DNA from: Alphaproteobacteria bacterium
GTDB lineage: Bacteria; Pseudomonadota; Alphaproteobacteria; UBA6615
DNA: 64,000 nucleotides
Direction: 5' to 3'
Assembly: GCA_965261975.1 (NCBI GenBank)
Contig: CBDHEC010000051.1
Span: 32,001 to 96,000 of the forward strand
Every line of letters begins with the position of its first letter. Within the stretch, counting starts at the first letter, position 1. The notes beneath the pieces are model-generated. The model was not told the DNA's origin and ran no database searches. It was given only the letters and a program-made list of their open reading frames with translations. Of the stretch, positions 60,408 through 64,000 are shown one piece after another. The position numbers were made by a program, and so were the translations under genes.

Positions 60408-61082
60408 TCACCCCAGCGCCTGAACGGCGCGGGCGGAATCGCTTACCCATCCGAAGATTCCGCCCTGGGCCTTGATCATTTCCAGTCCGACCCGCTGAAA
60501 CTCCGGAAAATAGGATCCCACACAATCGGCCAGCACCAGGCACTCATATCCGCGGTCATTGGCCTGACGAACGGTTGTGTGGACGCAGACCTCGGTGGTC
60601 ACGCCGCAGACAATCAGCGTCGTGATGCCCCGGTTCTGCAGGATCAGATCCAGGTCGGTTTCGTAAAAGGCACCCTTGCCGGGCTTGTCGACGACCGGCT
60701 CGTGCGCACCGGGGGCGAGTTCCGGAATGATGTCATGACCCGGTTCACCCCGGACCAATATTCGTCCCATGGGGCCCGGATCACCGATTCCGACTTCCAG
60801 CCCGCCGCGTGCAAGTTTGCTGGGTGGCGCGTCGGTCAGGTCCGGACGGTGACCTTCGCGTGTGTGTATGACCGTCAAACCCGCGTTTCGTGCAGCTTTC
60901 AGGACTAGTGTGCAGGGTTCGATGGTCGTCCGTAACAGCGACACGTCATTGCCCAGCATCTCACCGAATCCGCCGGGCTCGAGGAAGTCGCGTTGCATAT
61001 CGATGATAAGGAGCGCTGTCGCAGCCGGTTCGAACGGCAAGGGATAGGGCTCAGCTTCGAAAATATGGCTTTTCGTCACCAA
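60408..61082 (-). CDS. Isochorismatase-family cysteine hydrolase, triuret hydrolase (TrtA)-like
   Basis: D-K-C triad (IDMQ, DKPGKG, TTEVC) in the biuret/triuret subfamily scaffold (HTREGH, GIGDPGP.GRIL.RGEPG, QGG.FG), with TrtA-type GGFG..LGND and SYFPEF. Confidence 0.8.
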   Translation of the reverse strand: MVTKSHIFEAEPYPLPFEPAATALLIIDMQRDFLEPGGFGEMLGNDVSLLRTTIEPCTLVLKAARNAGLTVIHTREGHRPDLTDAPPSKLARGGLEVGIGDPGPMGRILVRGEPGHDIIPELAPGAHEPVVDKPGKGAFYETDLDLILQNRGITTLIVCGVTTEVCVHTTVRQANDRGYECLVLADCVGSYFPEFQRVGLEMIKAQGGIFGWVSDSARAVQALG

Positions 61083-61266
61083 ATCGGTCCCCTATGGAGT
61101 CATGTAGCTCTATAACGAGTACAATATGCCGCTAACCCTGAAACGCTACACCGCTGCGTTCCGCGTTGGGAAGGTCCGGCGATGCCCAATACAGCGCCAT
61201 GTTGCTGCAAAAGGCCTCGTTGGATTCTGTTCGCAAATGAAAAACACCGGCAATAGGTTGATAAAT

Positions 61267-63123
61267 ATGAATTTTAGCAGCCTGCGCGAGCAATATGATC
61301 GATCCCCCGCTGACGTAGATAAAGTCGTGCGTGAAGTTCTGGCGCGGGTGGAAGACGCAGATGACGGAAACATCTGGATCGCACGGGTTCCCGATGCCGA
61401 AGTGCTGGCGGCGGTTAAACGGCTGTCCGACTTGGACCCTGCAGATTTGCCGCTTTTCGGTATTCCATTTGCTGTGAAGGACAATATCGACGTCGCCGGT
61501 ATGCCGACGACAGCGGGCTGCCCGGAATTCGCCTATACGCCTGACGTATCGTCACCAGTTGTGGAGCGCCTGATCGGAGCTGGTGCAATCCTGATCGGCA
61601 AGACCAATCTCGACCAGTTTGCGGCGGGACTGGTCGGCACCCGGTCGCCATATGGTGCGTGCCAGAACGCATTTGATCCGGCGTATGTTTCGGGTGGCTC
61701 CAGTTCCGGTACGGCTGTCGCCGTTGCACGCGGCTTGGTGAGCTTCTCGCTCGGTACGGATACCGCAGGTTCGGGCCGTGTTCCCGCAGCATTCAACAAT
61801 ATTGTCGGGTTGAAGCCTTCGCGCGGCGTGCTGAGCGCGCGCGGCGTGGTGCCAGCATGTCGCACGCTGGACTGCATATCCATCTTCGCCAACTGCACCG
61901 CTGACGCAGAAGCCGTGCTCGACGTGGCTGCGGGGTTTGATGAAGACGATGCCTACTCGCGCGATGAGACGGCCGTCTCGCAGGGCACCGCCATCTCTCC
62001 GGACGTCGCGAGAATTGGCGTACCGAAATCCGACGGTCTCGAATTCTTCGGTGATGCAGCGGCCGAGAGGCTGTTCCAAGAGGCCGTTATGCGGGCTGAG
62101 GGTCTCGGTGCAAAGATCGTCGAGGTTGATCTGGCGCCGTTCCTGGAGGCCGCGCGACTGCTTTACGAAGGTCCGTGGGTAGCCGAGCGCTATGTCGGGA
62201 TTCGCGAGTTTTTCGATGCCCATCCGGACGCCGTACACCCGGTGACACGCGAAATCATCGGTGGCGGTGCGACCCCCAGTGCGGCAGAAGCGTTCGCGGC
62301 TGAATACCGGATGCAGGCCTTGCGGCGAAAGGTCGAACCCGTTTGGCAGGACATCGACGTCATGATGACCCCGACCGCTGGGACAATCTACACGATCGCC
62401 GAACTCGCGGCGGATCCGATTCAATTGAATTCGAACCTGGGTTACTACACCAACTATATGAACCTGCTGGATATGTGCGGTGTCGCGGTTCCGGCGGGAT
62501 TCCTCGACAATGGCCTGCCTTTCGGGATCACATTCGTCGCGCCGGCTTTTCGGGACCGCGCGGTTCTTCCGTTGGCCGATGCCATGCATCGTGCGGCCGA
62601 AACGGGCATGGGCGCGGCCCGGGCGGCATTGCCTGAAACCGCGCCGGATGGCGGTGCTTCGGTCGACGGCATGATGTTGATCGTCGCCTGTGGCGCCCAC
62701 ATGTCTGGCCTGCCGCTGAATCATCAATTGACCGAGCGCGGTGCCAAGCTGGTGCGCTCGACACGATCCGCGGCGAACTATCGGTTCTACGCGCTTGAGG
62801 CTTTCGAGCCGCCGCGGCCGGGAATGATTCGAACGGAAACCGACGGGGTGGCGATCGATGTCGAGGTATGGGCCATTCCGCAGGCGCAATTCGGCAGCTT
62901 TATGGCCGGGATTCCGGCACCGCTGGGGATTGGAACCGTTGAACTCGAGGATGGGTCCCTGGTGAAGGGCTTCATCTGCGAAGGCTATGCGGCCGAGGGT
63001 GCGCTGGATATTTCCGACCTGGGAAGCTGGCGCGGGTATTTAGCGGCGAAGGGCTTACACCCGCAGGGGGTCAGAGCTCATAGCTGCGGACCCTGTCCAC
63101 CGTATTCGCTGCCGCGTTTATGA
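61267..63123 (+). CDS. atzF: Allophanate hydrolase
   Basis: Amidase signature VKDNIDVAG, GKTNLDQF..GLVGTRSPYG, GGSSSG, GTDTAGSGRVPA, LYEGPWVAER, plus the C-terminal domain GAHMSGLPLN...PLGIG...GFICE. Confidence 0.93.
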   Translation: MNFSSLREQYDRSPADVDKVVREVLARVEDADDGNIWIARVPDAEVLAAVKRLSDLDPADLPLFGIPFAVKDNIDVAGMPTTAGCPEFAYTPDVSSPVVERLIGAGAILIGKTNLDQFAAGLVGTRSPYGACQNAFDPAYVSGGSSSGTAVAVARGLVSFSLGTDTAGSGRVPAAFNNIVGLKPSRGVLSARGVVPACRTLDCISIFANCTADAEAVLDVAAGFDEDDAYSRDETAVSQGTAISPDVARIGVPKSDGLEFFGDAAAERLFQEAVMRAEGLGAKIVEVDLAPFLEAARLLYEGPWVAERYVGIREFFDAHPDAVHPVTREIIGGGATPSAAEAFAAEYRMQALRRKVEPVWQDIDVMMTPTAGTIYTIAELAADPIQLNSNLGYYTNYMNLLDMCGVAVPAGFLDNGLPFGITFVAPAFRDRAVLPLADAMHRAAETGMGAARAALPETAPDGGASVDGMMLIVACGAHMSGLPLNHQLTERGAKLVRSTRSAANYRFYALEAFEPPRPGMIRTETDGVAIDVEVWAIPQAQFGSFMAGIPAPLGIGTVELEDGSLVKGFICEGYAAEGALDISDLGSWRGYLAAKGLHPQGVRAHSCGPCPPYSLPRL

Positions 63124-63856
63124 GGACGCTCATGTCCTGGCCGGCCAGGACGAAACGTACGCCCATCGAGATGTACTTTTCCTGGAGCTCCGGGGACGGG
63201 ACGCCGCCCATTCCCATCCACTTGCCGTGTTTCTTGCAAGCGGCGGCGACTGTTTCATAGCTCGCGACAATCTTGTCATGGCCCACCTGGCCGGGAATTC
63301 CCGATGCCGCAGAGAGGTCGTTGGTTCCGATCTGCACGATGTCGATCCCGTCGACCGCGGCAATTTCGTCAGCGCGTGCGATCGCGTCTGGCGTTTCCAG
63401 CATAACGACGAGCAACATGGACTTGTTCATCGCCTGCATTGCCGACGTCATGTCGGGATTGGCAAATCCGAACTGGGGAAGGCCGCCCACGACCCCACGC
63501 GAACCCTCGGGCGCGTAATACATGTGCACCACGATCTCGCGCGCTTCGTCTGCGGTTTCGCATTGGGGCATGATGATGCCAAGTGCGCCGCCGTCCAATG
63601 CGCGCGTCGCCATGGCCATCTCGCCACGCGGGACACGCACGAGTGGCGCGATGCCGGAACTGAGCGCGGCACAGGAAATCTGCGCGGTTTGGTCGAGGGA
63701 GAGAGCGCCATGCTCAAGATCGATGAACAGCCAGTCCATGCCGGCCGTTTTCATCATGCTTGCGATATCGGCGCTGCGCGCGAGGCGAATGCCGATACCG
63801 ACTGAGACCTCGCCCGCTTCGAGGCGCTCGCGGGCGGGATTGCGTAACTCAACCAT
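63071..63856 (-). CDS. HpcH/HpaI aldolase family protein
   Basis: DWLFIDLEHG, LVRVP, ALDGGA.GI, MLET, IGTNDLS. Confidence 0.9.
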   Translation of the reverse strand: MVELRNPARERLEAGEVSVGIGIRLARSADIASMMKTAGMDWLFIDLEHGALSLDQTAQISCAALSSGIAPLVRVPRGEMAMATRALDGGALGIIMPQCETADEAREIVVHMYYAPEGSRGVVGGLPQFGFANPDMTSAMQAMNKSMLLVVMLETPDAIARADEIAAVDGIDIVQIGTNDLSAASGIPGQVGHDKIVASYETVAAACKKHGKWMGMGGVPSPELQEKYISMGVRFVLAGQDMSVLINAAANTVDRVRSYEL

Positions 63857-63888
63857 GATGAAAACCTTTCGAGACGTTTTGGGGCTAC

Positions 63889-64000
63889 TCAGCCGACGCG
63901 AAGCGTATCCGCGCCGGGCTGGTAGGTCATGTTTCGCTGTTCGGGGTTGCGGTTTACCAACGGGCGCCCGTAGAGCGGGTGGTGCAGGCTGCGCACCTCA
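63889..64000 (-). CDS. C-terminal end of a CDS entering from beyond the window
   Basis: ...EVRSLHHPLYGRPLVNRNPEQRNMTYQPGADTLRVG*, ending just upstream of the aldolase. Confidence 0.55.
   Translation of the reverse strand, partial: EVRSLHHPLYGRPLVNRNPEQRNMTYQPGADTLRVG

Noticed and set aside
63071-63123. 53-nt tail-to-tail overlap between atzF and the aldolase gene
   Set aside because: The conserved AtzF sequence ends near WRGYLA; the short extension looks like stop-codon drift.
1-64000. CRISPR arrays, IS elements, prophage or anti-phage defence systems
   Set aside because: No spaced direct repeats, transposase, integrase, phage structural or defence-type domains were recognised by eye.

Overview
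GC-rich alphaproteobacterial chromosomal segment (Rhodospirillales-like gene content; assignment is inference). No integrase, transposase, prophage or CRISPR array was seen. Left to right: TPP-riboswitch-controlled ThiXYZ-like ABC importer; acuC-like deacetylase; DUF192; a junction near 4580 that fuses two 5'-truncated genes (EamA and a T1SS ATPase), then a frameshifted HlyD adaptor; a TAXI-TRAP transporter with a DctB/DctD-like pair whose regulator lacks GAFTGA; tRNA-Pro, complex I subunit and tRNA-Arg; a thiolase-like/DUF35/CoA-transferase/SDR catabolic cluster; a cysK-alaX-sseA-metC-ppc run; imuA-imuB-dnaE2 with a LexA box (dnaE2 has a patch of insertion frameshifts); a MetE-core plus TauD pair; malonyl-CoA decarboxylase; a tandem YdhR-like duplication; type III PKS plus ICMT methyltransferase; and tRNA-Asn. 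The best candidate for an undescribed system is 53.8-63.1 kb: a triuret-hydrolase-like cysteine hydrolase, an NCS2-like permease, DUF2877-FdrA-DUF1116 (homologues of the E. coli oxamate carbamoyltransferase subunits) and carbamate kinase, divergent from allophanate hydrolase, with no biuret hydrolase in the window. This suggests an ATP-yielding phosphorolytic route: triuret -> carboxybiuret -> allophanate + carbamoyl phosphate. All family calls come from recognising motifs by eye, not from database searches.
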